Sequence record: PZ019084.1
DNA from: a phage
Strand: one strand, 5' to 3'
Length of the DNA stretch: 64,000 nt
Shown here: piece after piece, positions 1 through 9,118 of the stretch
Layout of the letters: each line of letters opens with the position of its first letter
Numbering within the stretch: the first letter of the stretch is position 1
Translations under genes and position numbers: made by a program
Notes under the pieces: model-generated
What the model was told of the DNA's origin: nothing
What the model saw: the letters and a program-made list of their open reading frames with translations, nothing else
Database searches by the model: none

Positions 1-55
1 AGCTGTGAAAACACTTTCTGCTCGTGTAAAAGAACTTGAATCTAAACTTATGTAA
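1..55 (+). CDS. 37: 3' end of upstream late structural gene, probably long tail fibre distal subunit (partial)
   Basis: ORF enters from window start in frame 2 and ends ...AVKTLSARVKELESKLM* at 53-55; lies directly upstream of the adhesin gene as in T-even phages. Confidence 0.45.
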   Translation, partial: AVKTLSARVKELESKLM

Positions 56-56
56 A

Positions 57-74
57 AGAGGGCTTCGGCCCTCT
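57..74 (+). terminator. GC stem-loop (UUCG loop) followed by U-run between genes 37 and 38
   Basis: agagggcTTCGgccctct then ggattttta; hairpin plus T-run on coding strand. Confidence 0.4.
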
Positions 75-85
75 AAGGATTTTTA

Positions 86-880
86 ATGGCAATTGTAGGT
101 GTTCCTGGCTGGATTGGTGAATCTGCCGTGAATGAAACTGGACAACGTTGGATGGATGCTGCAATGAAAGCAGTTCGTGTTTCAGTTCCTGGCTGGATGA
201 GCTCAATGGCTGGGCAATCTAAAGAAGTATATTACAGTATTGGTGCTAGCAATTCTTATAATAAAGACACACTAATAAATTATCTCAAATCTCAAGGTAG
301 TACTCCTGTTGTTGTTACTATTACTGGTAACTTAGTTTCTTCATCTGCAAGGCAACCTTGCTTAGATTTTCCTAGCTCATTAACTAATGCTTATGTAACG
401 CTTATTATAAATGGCGGTGTAACAGTATACGGTCGCGGAGGACGCGGCGCGCAAGCGGGAAACCAGGCGGGTGAAGCTGGTGGTACTGCAATTAACAATG
501 GTATAGGTACTCGTCTACGAATCACTAACAATGGAGCAATCGCCGGCGGCGGAGGTGGTGGTGGCGCCCAATCAACTGATAATGGGTGGGGAGGTAAATA
601 TGTTTCTGGCGGGGGCGGCGGACGTCCTTTCGGAGCTGGTGGTAATAATGGAGCAAAAGCTCCGGGTGCATCAGCATCTTTAACATCTCCAGGCGCAGGC
701 GGAAAAATGTATTCCGGCGTTGGATACTACGGCGGTGACGGTGGTAATGTTGGTGAACGAGGTAAGGATGCGGTTAGATTGAACGGCTATTCGAACTCAC
801 CTGGCGCAGCAGGTAAAGCTGTTACTGGTAACGCACCAACTTGGACTAAAGTTGGTACAATATATGGTTCAAGAGTATAA
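86..880 (+). CDS. 38: tail fibre adhesin gp38, T2-type with glycine-rich motifs
   Basis: 264 aa; conserved N-terminal domain followed by several poly-Gly blocks (GGGGGGG, GGGGG) separated by short variable segments; position between 37 and t. Confidence 0.75.
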   Translation: MAIVGVPGWIGESAVNETGQRWMDAAMKAVRVSVPGWMSSMAGQSKEVYYSIGASNSYNKDTLINYLKSQGSTPVVVTITGNLVSSSARQPCLDFPSSLTNAYVTLIINGGVTVYGRGGRGAQAGNQAGEAGGTAINNGIGTRLRITNNGAIAGGGGGGGAQSTDNGWGGKYVSGGGGGRPFGAGGNNGAKAPGASASLTSPGAGGKMYSGVGYYGGDGGNVGERGKDAVRLNGYSNSPGAAGKAVTGNAPTWTKVGTIYGSRV

Positions 881-911
881 TTTTGAATAAATATCCTTAA
901 AAGGAGGGTCT

Positions 912-1568
912 ATGGCAGCACCTAGAATATCATTTTCGCCCTCTGATATTCTGTTGGGTGTTCTAGATCGCTTATTCAAAGATAACGCTACCGGGAAGGT
1001 TCTTGCTTCCCGAGTAGCTGTCGTAATTCTTTTATTTATGATGGCGATTGTTTGGTATAGGGGAGATAGTTTCTTTGAGTACTATAAGCAATCAAAGTAT
1101 GAAACATACAGTGAAATTATTGAAAAGGAAAGAAACGCACGCTTTGAATCTGTCGCCCTGGAACAACTCCAGATAGTTCACATATCATCTGAGGCAGACT
1201 TTAGTGCGGTGTATTCTTTCCGCCCTAAAAACTTAAACTATTTTGTTGATATTATAGCATATGAAGGAAAATTACCTTCAACAATAAGTGAAAAATCACT
1301 TGGAGGATATCCTGTTGATAAAACTATGGATGAATATACAGTTCATTTAAATGGACGTCATTATTATTCCAACTCAAAATTTGCTTTTTTACCAACTAAA
1401 AAGCCTACTCCCGAAATAAATTACATGTACAGTTGTCCATATTTTAATTTGGATAACATCTATGCTGGAACAATAACCATGTACTGGTATAGAAATGATC
1501 ATATAAGTAATGACCGCCTTGAATCAATATGTTCTCAGGCGGCCAGAATATTAGGAAGGGCTAAATAA
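912..1568 (+). CDS. t: holin
   Basis: 218 aa, same length as T4 holin T; N-terminal TM segment (VAVVILLFMMAIVWY) and large C-terminal domain; strong SD aaggaggg; position after 38. Confidence 0.85.
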   Translation: MAAPRISFSPSDILLGVLDRLFKDNATGKVLASRVAVVILLFMMAIVWYRGDSFFEYYKQSKYETYSEIIEKERNARFESVALEQLQIVHISSEADFSAVYSFRPKNLNYFVDIIAYEGKLPSTISEKSLGGYPVDKTMDEYTVHLNGRHYYSNSKFAFLPTKKPTPEINYMYSCPYFNLDNIYAGTITMYWYRNDHISNDRLESICSQAARILGRAK

Positions 1569-1841
1569 TTATTTGTTCGTATACATCTCTAGATATCGAT
1601 ATACACTCTCAAAACCCTCGTTGAATTCGTCGATGAGGGTTTTCTTATCTTCTTGGGTTAATTCAGAAACAATTTTACGGAATGAATTCTGATTTAATTT
1701 TTTACCTTCATGCGTTACTCCAATCTCATTCAGAAATGCAATAAAATTAGCACGATTCTCAACAATATCTTCTCTGGAAAATTTAATCAAAATAGACGCA
1801 ACAGTAATAATTTCACGAACTGTATCAATGTTTTTATTCAT
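1569..1841 (-). CDS. asiA: anti-sigma70 factor AsiA
   Basis: 90 aa starting MNKNIDTVREIITVASILIKFSRED, matching my recall of T4 AsiA; convergent with t as in T4. Confidence 0.9.
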   Translation of the reverse strand: MNKNIDTVREIITVASILIKFSREDIVENRANFIAFLNEIGVTHEGKKLNQNSFRKIVSELTQEDKKTLIDEFNEGFESVYRYLEMYTNK

Positions 1842-2002
1842 TAACTATACCACTCAATTAGTTGACTTTATTATAATATCATCAGACACTTGATTTGTAA
1901 ACTGGTCTGTGTTATTTTCTTCAAAAATTTTTTCTACGAATTCCTTGAACGATTCACGTTCCTGAGCTACATTATGCTCGATTACCTTTTCAAGATTATG
2001 AC

Positions 2003-2281
2003 TCATTCGAAATAATCTTCAATTTCGTAATCATGGACATAAATCATTATAGTTTTTAATACATCATCAATACTTTTTCCTGGAGCTGGAATTACGTAAA
2101 AATATCCCGCCTTTAAGTTATCTTTATAAGTTCCAACCAAGAAATCATTATTCTCGAGATGTAGTTCTTCAACTAATTCATTAACAATTGAGTGGTATAA
2201 ATTTGGTAGAAACTTATATAGCTTTTCTAGAATATCAATTTTGATTGTATATTGAACCACAGATTGAGAATCAATAATCAT
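2003..2281 (-). CDS. arn: anti-restriction nuclease Arn
   Basis: 92 aa, acidic C-terminus; length and position after asiA match T4 arn. Confidence 0.65.
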   Translation of the reverse strand: MIIDSQSVVQYTIKIDILEKLYKFLPNLYHSIVNELVEELHLENNDFLVGTYKDNLKAGYFYVIPAPGKSIDDVLKTIMIYVHDYEIEDYFE

Positions 2282-2364
2282 AGACCTTCCCCTTATGTTT
2301 CTGTTTGCGATTAGATTCTTTAAACGCTTTCTTCTTATCCTTATGGACAGAAGCTTTATTAAAA

Positions 2365-2583
2365 TTATGTTTTGCGACTAAATTGTTCATAGTGCTGAAT
2401 TACCTCTCTCAAACATTTGCATGTGAATAAAAACTTTTTAGCTACACCACATTCAAATATATGTTCTCTTAAATCACGTGTGTCAGTATATCCCATCTCA
2501 ACAATAAAATGCCGTATTAGATTTTTATCTTTATCATTGAGAGAGTTAAAATAATCGGATTTTGAATTAATTTCCCTGGCCAA
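2365..2583 (-). CDS. hypothetical protein (arn-motA interval)
   Basis: 72-aa ORF in compact minus-strand gene array. Confidence 0.45.
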   Translation of the reverse strand: MAREINSKSDYFNSLNDKDKNLIRHFIVEMGYTDTRDLREHIFECGVAKKFLFTCKCLREVIQHYEQFSRKT

Positions 2584-2863
2584 ATTGAATCACCTTCAGT
2601 TGACGTTTTAGTTCTTTTATCATCTCTTCGTTCATCGCAATATAAAGATCGCGTAAAGCAGGCTTTAGCATTCCATTTATTGGGGAACTAAATGGACATA
2701 CATAATCTTTTCCTACGAGCTTTTTAGTGAATTCCATATTACAGAACTGAAATGCCGGTTCATTGGCATAAATTCCCCATTTGGTTGACATCATTTTATT
2801 GGCATATTCCAATGCCTGGATTTGATTCATAATTCCATCAATTTGAAACTTTTTAATATTCAT
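2567..2863 (-). CDS. hypothetical protein
   Basis: 98-aa ORF; start overlaps stop of upstream gene (ATGA). Confidence 0.5.
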   Translation of the reverse strand: MNIKKFQIDGIMNQIQALEYANKMMSTKWGIYANEPAFQFCNMEFTKKLVGKDYVCPFSSPINGMLKPALRDLYIAMNEEMIKELKRQLKVIQFGQGN

Positions 2864-3324
2864 TAGTAAAGGTCCTCAGAGTAAAGTTCTTTTTCACTAC
2901 CACCACGTTCAATACGTACTTGTCCAGCGTAAGTTGCAATAATCATTGCTTCTTCACGTGTCCAATAATTACTATATTGGTCAATAAACCCTTGGTCATC
3001 ATCACAAACTTGGTGAGTAACTAATTGAGGTTTAACTACATCTAAAACTTCGGCCATATCTTTAGAATAATGACGAGCACCTGGAATAACAAGAGTTCGT
3101 CCATCTTTTAATTTAAAACGATTGGCTGCGCAAACAATTCGTCGTTGATACTTTTGGTTTTCATCCCAATACGCAGACTGCCAGCAGATTTCAGGAACTT
3201 CTTTTAAAATATCTTCTTCTGTGCATTTATAGCCATGCGCTTTAAATTTTTCAACAAGACTTTCTGGAGTTTCACGGGATAAAGGAACATTCAGCATTTT
3301 TAAACGATTAATAAATGGGTTCAT
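2863..3324 (-). CDS. hypothetical protein
   Basis: 153-aa ORF, tightly packed with neighbours. Confidence 0.55.
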   Translation of the reverse strand: MNPFINRLKMLNVPLSRETPESLVEKFKAHGYKCTEEDILKEVPEICWQSAYWDENQKYQRRIVCAANRFKLKDGRTLVIPGARHYSKDMAEVLDVVKPQLVTHQVCDDDQGFIDQYSNYWTREEAMIIATYAGQVRIERGGSEKELYSEDLY

Positions 3325-3650
3325 TTAAACCATCCTTTAATACGCTGCCACAAAGTTTTCTGTTGAGCTTTGTTTACGCCAATTGAGCGAATAACTGGTT
3401 GAGATTCCTGGAATTCTTTATAATCAGCAAGGTAAATTTCATAAGCTGCATCTGTAAATGAACTTATCGCTGACATAAAATTATTGCGAATACCTACTGG
3501 AGCATCTTTACTTTCACGAATAATCATGTATTTACCAGTTTTAATCTTTACGATAGTTCCAAGATAAGCTCCGTGGTACCAGATATCCCACCCCTCTTGA
3601 GTGGGTTCTGCACAACGACGAAGTTCATTGATAATTTCTAACTTGTTCAT
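3321..3650 (-). CDS. hypothetical protein (motA.1 position)
   Basis: 109-aa ORF immediately downstream of motA on the same strand. Confidence 0.55.
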   Translation of the reverse strand: MNKLEIINELRRCAEPTQEGWDIWYHGAYLGTIVKIKTGKYMIIRESKDAPVGIRNNFMSAISSFTDAAYEIYLADYKEFQESQPVIRSIGVNKAQQKTLWQRIKGWFK

Positions 3651-3660
3651 TATTTATTCC

Positions 3661-4296
3661 TCACAGTTTAGATGCTACGGTGATTACTGCTTCAATGTTT
3701 TCTGCCGAGCGTTTAATGTCAAGATACACATTACCGTTTTTAGCGATTTTACATGACATTCCGATATCAGTAAATTTCTGAATATGATGTTCCATCATTT
3801 TGTATCCAAAAATTCGCATATTTCCATTGTTGTTAATTTCAAAATTACGAATTCCGTGAGTGCGTTTTTCTAAAATAGCGAGATAGTTACTGCGATAAGT
3901 TTCAACCTTTTTAAGAACAAATCCATTTTCATCTAAAAGTTTTAACATGAAGTCTTTATCTTCTTCCATATCGGAAGTAATCTCACGAGCTTTACGAGTT
4001 GCTCGTTTTTTCAGCAGTTCAGGAGCATTTTCCTGTGCGTATAAAGTTGCTGCATTTGAAATAATATCCTGAGCTTCACCTGTAATGATTAATCCATCAC
4101 CAGATTTCTCCACCAGGCCTTTTTTAATCAATACCCCAATATTACTATTAACTACTGCATTACCTAAATCTGGATGCACCTCACGAACTTCTGCAGCTGT
4201 AATGAAATCTTTCTTAGCAATGGTAATTAAAATCGCAGCAGTTTTTTCATTCAGAACATCGTTAGAAGCTTTGATGATGTAAGTTACTTTAGACAT
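3661..4296 (-). CDS. motA: middle-mode transcription activator MotA
   Basis: 211 aa starting MSKVTYIIKASNDVLNEKTAAILITIAKKDF, matching T4 MotA; SD ggag upstream. Confidence 0.9.
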   Translation of the reverse strand: MSKVTYIIKASNDVLNEKTAAILITIAKKDFITAAEVREVHPDLGNAVVNSNIGVLIKKGLVEKSGDGLIITGEAQDIISNAATLYAQENAPELLKKRATRKAREITSDMEEDKDFMLKLLDENGFVLKKVETYRSNYLAILEKRTHGIRNFEINNNGNMRIFGYKMMEHHIQKFTDIGMSCKIAKNGNVYLDIKRSAENIEAVITVASKL

Positions 4297-4335
4297 TTTC
4301 TAATCTCCGTAATTCTGTATCAGTAGTTGATAGTT

Positions 4336-4390
4336 GTATAGTACCATAGTATGCTTTGGTTGTAAACCGTTTTGTGAAAAAATTTTTGAA
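4336..4390 (-). promoter_or_regulatory. T4-type early promoter upstream of motA
   Basis: minus strand reads GTTTAC (plus 4362-4367), 18-nt spacer, TACTAT (plus 4338-4343), with A/T-rich upstream element. Confidence 0.6.
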
Positions 4391-4418
4391 ATAAAAAAGG
4401 GAGAGCCGAGGCTCTCCC
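4391..4418 (-). terminator. rho-independent terminator-like hairpin
   Basis: gggagagccgaggctctccc stem-loop followed on the minus strand by a U-run (plus ataaaaaa). Confidence 0.55.
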
Positions 4419-4423
4419 TAAAA

Positions 4424-4573
4424 TTACTGCATGACTGTGATAACTGTCATGATAACACGTTGAATTCCGAACGCAAGAAGACCTCCTGCTACGGCAGGAA
4501 CAACACCTAAACCCGCCAGTAAAATGCCACCAGATACTAATGCAGCGCTTGTAATACCTATGAATGGACTCAT
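4424..4573 (-). CDS. small hydrophobic protein (~49 aa, below ORF-track cutoff)
   Basis: ATG overlaps gene 52 stop (ATGA); translation MSPFIGITSAALVSGGILLAGLGVVPAVAGGLLAFGIQRVIMTVITVMQ is one TM-like helix. Confidence 0.4.
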   Translation of the reverse strand: MSPFIGITSAALVSGGILLAGLGVVPAVAGGLLAFGIQRVIMTVITVMQ

Positions 4574-5898
4574 TTGATTTCCTCTAAATCTTTGGTGTAT
4601 TCTGTAACTACATCAGTAGTTTTCCAATATTCGTTTTCTTCTTTCTTAGCTTTAGCTTCTTCAGCAAGTTTCTTTGCTTCGTCGGAAGTCATATGAAAAA
4701 TATTCATTCCAACTAGTTTATCAACATAAGAAGAATACATATCAATTTTAGAAAGTTCTTCGGTCAGTTCTTTGCGAGTTTTACCTTGCACAACAATTTC
4801 ACCTGAAATTACTTTCTTAATGAAATGTGCCTTGGCAAAGGCTAAACGAAATGCTGATTCAGTTTCTTTGATTTTGTTATCAATTCGTTTTTGGACATAA
4901 GTTTTACGAACTTCAACGAAGTCTTTAATTAAATCAACTACGTTATCGTAAACTTGTAGTTTTCCTTTCTCATTAATAACGGTAATATTCTGGGAACGAC
5001 GCTCAATCAACCCGAAGTCTTTCATGATTTTTGCATGGCGTTCTTCTTCGTTATCACTCAAAGAGTATTCTTTGCGGAATTTAACTTTAAAGCCAAAACC
5101 ATGCTCACCACAAGCATCATCCCATGTAATGAAGCCTTTATCTTCAAGCGGGTCTAAGATTTTACTCACATAAGTTTCACGATCATACTTATACGGAATC
5201 TCAGTGATATTCATTTGAGTTCGTGAAGTAAACTTGTACGTTCCACGAATTTCATATTGACCGTCAATTTCAACGACTTCACCGCGAAATTCTGGGAATT
5301 CTACCTTCGGTTTAGTTACTTTCTTTCCTTGAAGAGCTTGTAGTACAGCTTTCTTGACAGAAGAAACACTATGAGGAAGAATGTAAGTTGCATAACCAGT
5401 TGCAATACCGGAAACACCATTAAGAAGAACGGTAGGAATAATAGGCAAATAGAAAGCAGGCGGAATGTGTTCTTTATCTTGATGTACCGGAGCATATTCA
5501 GTATCTTTATATACGTTATAGAAATTTTTACTTACACGAGCAAAAATATAACGACTTGCCGCTGCTTTTTGAACAGTACGAGAACCAAAGTTTCCTTGAC
5601 CATCTAACAAAGGAAAGTTATTATTCCAAGTATTAGCCATCAAAGCCCCCGCGTCTTGCGCAGAGTTTTCGCCATGATGATATCCAAGGTCCGCTACACC
5701 GCCTGCAATAGAAGCGAGTTTGTGAAACTTATCTTTATTTCCTCGTGCCAAATCAAGAGCTCGAGCAATAACAAATCGTTGAACTGGCTTAAATCCATCA
5801 ATCATATTTGGAATAGCACGATTTTCAACCGTGTACATAGCATAAGCCAGTGCTTCATTATCAATGATACTTTTTAAATCGCGATTGTTCAGTTGCAT
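4570..5898 (-). CDS. 52: DNA topoisomerase II medium subunit (GyrA-like)
   Basis: 442 aa with breakage-reunion domain; position motA-52 as in T4. Confidence 0.9.
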   Translation of the reverse strand: MQLNNRDLKSIIDNEALAYAMYTVENRAIPNMIDGFKPVQRFVIARALDLARGNKDKFHKLASIAGGVADLGYHHGENSAQDAGALMANTWNNNFPLLDGQGNFGSRTVQKAAASRYIFARVSKNFYNVYKDTEYAPVHQDKEHIPPAFYLPIIPTVLLNGVSGIATGYATYILPHSVSSVKKAVLQALQGKKVTKPKVEFPEFRGEVVEIDGQYEIRGTYKFTSRTQMNITEIPYKYDRETYVSKILDPLEDKGFITWDDACGEHGFGFKVKFRKEYSLSDNEEERHAKIMKDFGLIERRSQNITVINEKGKLQVYDNVVDLIKDFVEVRKTYVQKRIDNKIKETESAFRLAFAKAHFIKKVISGEIVVQGKTRKELTEELSKIDMYSSYVDKLVGMNIFHMTSDEAKKLAEEAKAKKEENEYWKTTDVVTEYTKDLEEIK

Positions 5899-5902
5899 AA
5901 AT

Positions 5903-6043
5903 TTACCATACTAGTGAATGTAGTGCCATAATAACATCAGAAATGAAAAGCACGACTTGAATTAATCCGAACATTACTCCATAATATAGTGCTATCAATA
6001 AAATAGCAAGGGCTAATGAATAGCCCAAGATTTTCTTAATCAT
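5903..6043 (-). CDS. small membrane protein (~46 aa)
   Basis: hand-translated MIKKILGYSLALAILLIALYYGVMFGLIQVVLFISDVIMALHSLVW; overlaps stop of upstream small ORF. Confidence 0.35.
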   Translation of the reverse strand: MIKKILGYSLALAILLIALYYGVMFGLIQVVLFISDVIMALHSLVW

Positions 6044-6194
6044 TAGTAGATAACAACACAAATGTTAAATATGCACACATACCCTGAGCTAAAGCTTGTG
6101 AAAACACACTGCTAGCATCAATACAGATAGTTAAAACACATGCTACTATCCAACAAATAAATGAAATAACTCCTAATAGTTTCGCAATATTCAT
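6036..6194 (-). CDS. small membrane protein (~52 aa), possibly ac-like
   Basis: hand-translated MNIAKLLGVISFICWIVACVLTICIDASSVFSQALAQGMCAYLTFVLLSTND; SD gagga 6 nt upstream; T4 has small membrane genes between 52 and ndd. Confidence 0.4.
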   Translation of the reverse strand: MNIAKLLGVISFICWIVACVLTICIDASSVFSQALAQGMCAYLTFVLLSTND

Positions 6195-6281
6195 ATTTTC
6201 CTCACTGGCGTCCGAAGACGCCTTTAGTTTTAAGATTGTTACGATAGAACTGCATCACATGTTCGTTATGGAAATTGCTCA

Positions 6282-6740
6282 TTAATATGCCTGCAAAACA
6301 AATTTAAAATTATCAGCCAACATACGGTTCATTTCTTCAAGTGTTTGATACTCAGAATGATGATTACGAGTAAACGCTAAAGCTAACTGACCTTTTCCAA
6401 ATCCAGTCGTCAGAGGTTTCATCTTAGAAGCAGGTAGATAAAATACCGTGTATGGAACATTGTTATTTGCAATAGTACGCGCAAGCTGAGATCGACATTG
6501 GCGAATATGACTTAGAACTGCACTGAATCCTTGCTTAGAGCGCTGATTACCTACATAAAATCGTGCAGACACACATGGATTACTAAATAGACGACCATCT
6601 AATTTACTTACTAAAAAGTAAAATCCAGGTTTAGATAAAATATCTTTATGTGGAACTCCCAAAAACCATTCACCGTTCTTGATTGTACCAATAACAGTTG
6701 CGCCTGCATTGTTCAAATCAGTAACAGTCATATATTTCAT
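6282..6740 (-). CDS. ndd: nucleoid disruption protein Ndd
   Basis: start set at internal ATG ([18 protein letters not shown]...) preceded by SD gagga, giving ~152 aa like T4 Ndd; ORF-track form extends to 6788. Confidence 0.75.
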
Positions 6741-6800
6741 TTTAATTTCCTCTAAATTATTTTCTACTCCAAGGCCGCATGAATACACACGGCCGATAAA

Positions 6801-7016
6801 TTAATCGTCGCAGTCGACGCTCAATTCCCAGAACTCTTCTACGGTATAAGTTTCAGTATCATTTTCAATACAGAAACGTTCATTGCTGTTATTTGCTAAA
6901 GTAGCATTAACTGTCATTTTCTCGCTAGTGCTCTTAAGAGGTGAAATACGAATTAACTGATCACCATTATCTAAGCAAAAAATTTCACCAACTTTTACAT
7001 CTTTAAAGATTTTCAT
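6801..7016 (-). CDS. hypothetical protein
   Basis: 71-aa ORF. Confidence 0.5.
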   Translation of the reverse strand: MKIFKDVKVGEIFCLDNGDQLIRISPLKSTSEKMTVNATLANNSNERFCIENDTETYTVEEFWELSVDCDD

Positions 7017-7131
7017 AATTCACCTCAAGGAGTATAAAATCCGAATGCAGTTGTTGACCATCCCATCCAATATGGGAAATTTGCACCAATGTAAAACATA
7101 AGAATATAAAACCAAATGCTTAGTAAATTCA

Positions 7132-7350
7132 TTATTTTACACCATTCCAAATTGTTTCAACCACAGATTTTAAGCCATTTTGGTGAATATCCATTCCGAC
7201 AACTGCCATCAAATAGATTCCAACTACAACTGAACCTAAGGCAAAAATCAGCATGAAAATGAATAAAGCTGGAAAAATATTATCGAAAAACCATTCAATA
7301 AATGTAAAAGCACTGCGTTTACGCTTCATATTTTCCTCACATAAATCCAA
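7132..7350 (-). CDS. small membrane protein
   Basis: 72 aa with central hydrophobic helix (FPALFIFMLIFALGSVVVGIYLMAVVG). Confidence 0.5.
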   Translation of the reverse strand: MDLCEENMKRKRSAFTFIEWFFDNIFPALFIFMLIFALGSVVVGIYLMAVVGMDIHQNGLKSVVETIWNGVK

Positions 7351-7450
7351 AGTAAGCGTTTAATACATCAATCATTAAAACGATTGGGAATATACTCAAA
7401 ACTACTAGTATTATAACTACATTCCATATAGCTTTAACAATCTTTTTCAT
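7337..7450 (-). CDS. small membrane protein (~37 aa)
   Basis: ATG at 7450 preceded by SD ggagg and an early promoter; MKKIVKAIWNVVIILVVLSIFPIVLMIDVLNAYFGFM; ORF-track form (to 7585) reads through the promoter. Confidence 0.4.
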   Translation of the reverse strand: MKKIVKAIWNVVIILVVLSIFPIVLMIDVLNAYFGFM

Positions 7451-7476
7451 TTTCTGTTCCTCCGTAGTTGATAGGG

Positions 7477-7509
7477 TAATAATACCACAGAGGAACAGTC
7501 TTGTAAACA
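7477..7509 (-). promoter_or_regulatory. T4-type early promoter
   Basis: minus strand GTTTAC (plus 7503-7508), 18-nt spacer, TATTAT; belongs to the repeated promoter/5'UTR cassette. Confidence 0.55.
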
Positions 7510-7693
7510 ACTTTTTTAAAAATATTCGTAATAAATGTGAATACCAACTACTACCGCTGAAACTTGTGCAACCCACCACGCACAAGCAATAAGTACAGAA
7601 TTCAAAATTTTCATAATAACCTCATCACAAAAGTAAATACTAAACAAATCAATGGAATACTAATTAACCAAACAAAACACCACCACAACGAAC

Positions 7694-7966
7694 TCATAGT
7701 TCAATCTCAGCGATTTTCATTTCATTACTATTAATAGCCGCTTTAAGACTATCTGAAAGAATTACATTCCAGTGGTCATTCATATGACCATTAACTAAAC
7801 GTGTAATTTCTTCGGGAGTTGAAAAATAAGGCGTATCAGACTCCCAGTGCGATAACCCTAAGCGAGTATAAATCATACCTTCATCATCGCTAGAATATTC
7901 AACTGACACAAACTCATCAGTTATTTTATGTTTAGCGTAATAAAATTTAAATTTCATTTTACTCAA
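7694..7966 (-). CDS. hypothetical protein
   Basis: 90-aa ORF. Confidence 0.5.
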   Translation of the reverse strand: MSKMKFKFYYAKHKITDEFVSVEYSSDDEGMIYTRLGLSHWESDTPYFSTPEEITRLVNGHMNDHWNVILSDSLKAAINSNEMKIAEIEL

Positions 7967-8169
7967 TAATCCGCTAAAAGATCGACGATTGCATCACGAA
8001 GACACTTATTCGCAATACGCTTAAGAGCAATTTCAGTTTCTGGAGCATTTTGAATAATCATTGAATTCAATTCAGCCTCAGCAAACTGAAGTTCTTTAAC
8101 TAATTCAGCTTTATATTTTCCTTGCCCTTTCTTAGCTTTTGCTCGTTTTAATTCAGCTGTAGTAAACAT
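7963..8169 (-). CDS. hypothetical protein (~68 aa)
   Basis: start set at ATG 8169 (MFTTAELKRAKAKKG...) downstream of early promoter and SD ggag; longer ORF-track form reads through the promoter. Confidence 0.5.
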   Translation of the reverse strand: MFTTAELKRAKAKKGQGKYKAELVKELQFAEAELNSMIIQNAPETEIALKRIANKCLRDAIVDLLADY

Positions 8170-8201
8170 TTTATTCTCCAAATCCGTATCAGTTGATAGT
8201 T

Positions 8202-8234
8202 GTATAGTACCACAGTCCTTGTGGTATGTAAACT
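8202..8234 (-). promoter_or_regulatory. T4-type early promoter
   Basis: minus strand GTTTAC (plus 8228-8233), 18-nt spacer containing inverted repeat accacag/ttgtggt, TACTAT (plus 8204-8209). Confidence 0.55.
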
Positions 8235-8249
8235 GTTTTGTGAAAATTT

Positions 8250-8807
8250 TTAAATGGAAAGATACCATCCGTTGTAGTTGCTTTTTCTTACAACCTTACG
8301 AAGGTCTTCTCTATCACCGATGAACTTCGGAGTGTACTGGATGACACCTGGATGAATTTCTTTAGTGTTGAATATAATTATACAGTCAGCGACCTGATGA
8401 TTCAGAATGGGCCCTAGATTTATTCCAGAACCGTATGGATACTCTCCGCTGCATCCGGTTGTTACCGAAATCCAGCGTGAGTCAGTTTGGTGTGTTTTGA
8501 CTTCTACACGAAGCCCGCAATATCTTGGATGCGCCAATACATCCCATGCGTATGTATACGGGTCATTAACATCCTCTTGGCCTTTGTTAACATACCCGCT
8601 CAGCCAATCTGCTACAAAAAACTCTGCATACACAGCGATACGGCATCTTTCGATGACTTCTGCTTTATCCTGATTAGGATTTTGTTTTAAAGAGTATCTT
8701 GCTGTATCAGCAATTTTGACCTTCATTTCACTAGTCAAGTCATTGTTCGATAGGGTAAATGTCGGAATCTGAAATAGTCTCTGTAAACCCGGATTCGTTT
8801 TCTGCAT
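8250..8807 (-). CDS. denB: endonuclease IV (DenB)
   Basis: 185 aa, same length as T4 DenB; position between ndd and rIIB. Confidence 0.65.
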   Translation of the reverse strand: MQKTNPGLQRLFQIPTFTLSNNDLTSEMKVKIADTARYSLKQNPNQDKAEVIERCRIAVYAEFFVADWLSGYVNKGQEDVNDPYTYAWDVLAHPRYCGLRVEVKTHQTDSRWISVTTGCSGEYPYGSGINLGPILNHQVADCIIIFNTKEIHPGVIQYTPKFIGDREDLRKVVRKSNYNGWYLSI

Positions 8808-8871
8808 TAAACTTTCCTTTTACGTCGGAATCACTGATGTTAATATAATAAATCATAGTTTCCCTTAAAAC

Positions 8872-8890
8872 AAAAGGGCCGAAGCCCTTT
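8872..8890 (-). other. GC hairpin with CGAA loop in denB upstream intergenic region
   Basis: aaagggccgaagcccttt. Confidence 0.4.
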
Positions 8891-8893
8891 ACT

Positions 8894-9088
8894 TTATTTG
8901 AATTGTGCAATTCTTTTCTCTAAACAATCTGCGTAAGATTTCATTGAGATAAACTGCGAAAGCAGTAATTCTTGCTCAACTGCATTAACCGTTGAAAACT
9001 TTTCACTTTCTAAAAATTTGCTCAGTGCATTAATTTTGAGCATTAATTGATCGTATTCTTCTTTTACTCGTGCTTGATAACCTAACAT
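8894..9088 (-). CDS. hypothetical protein
   Basis: 64-aa ORF downstream of rIIB; preceded by hairpin and SD aaggaaa. Confidence 0.5.
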   Translation of the reverse strand: MLGYQARVKEEYDQLMLKINALSKFLESEKFSTVNAVEQELLLSQFISMKSYADCLEKRIAQFK

Positions 9089-9102
9089 AATTTTCCTTAG
9101 TT

Positions 9103-9118
9103 AAGGGCCGAAGCCCTT
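9103..9118 (-). other. GC hairpin (CGAA loop) overlapping rIIB stop codon, upstream of next SD
   Basis: aagggccgaagccctt directly at rIIB stop, followed on the mRNA by aaggaaaatt ATG. Confidence 0.45.

Noticed and set aside
417-760. GC-rich glycine-codon repeats (ggcggcgg, ggtggtgg)
   Set aside because: Not a DNA repeat element or CRISPR array; they are the coding sequence of the glycine-rich motifs of gp38.
880-911. Possible late promoter upstream of holin t (gaATAAATAtcc)
   Set aside because: One mismatch from TATAAATA at the first position; t may be co-transcribed with 37 and 38, so not called.
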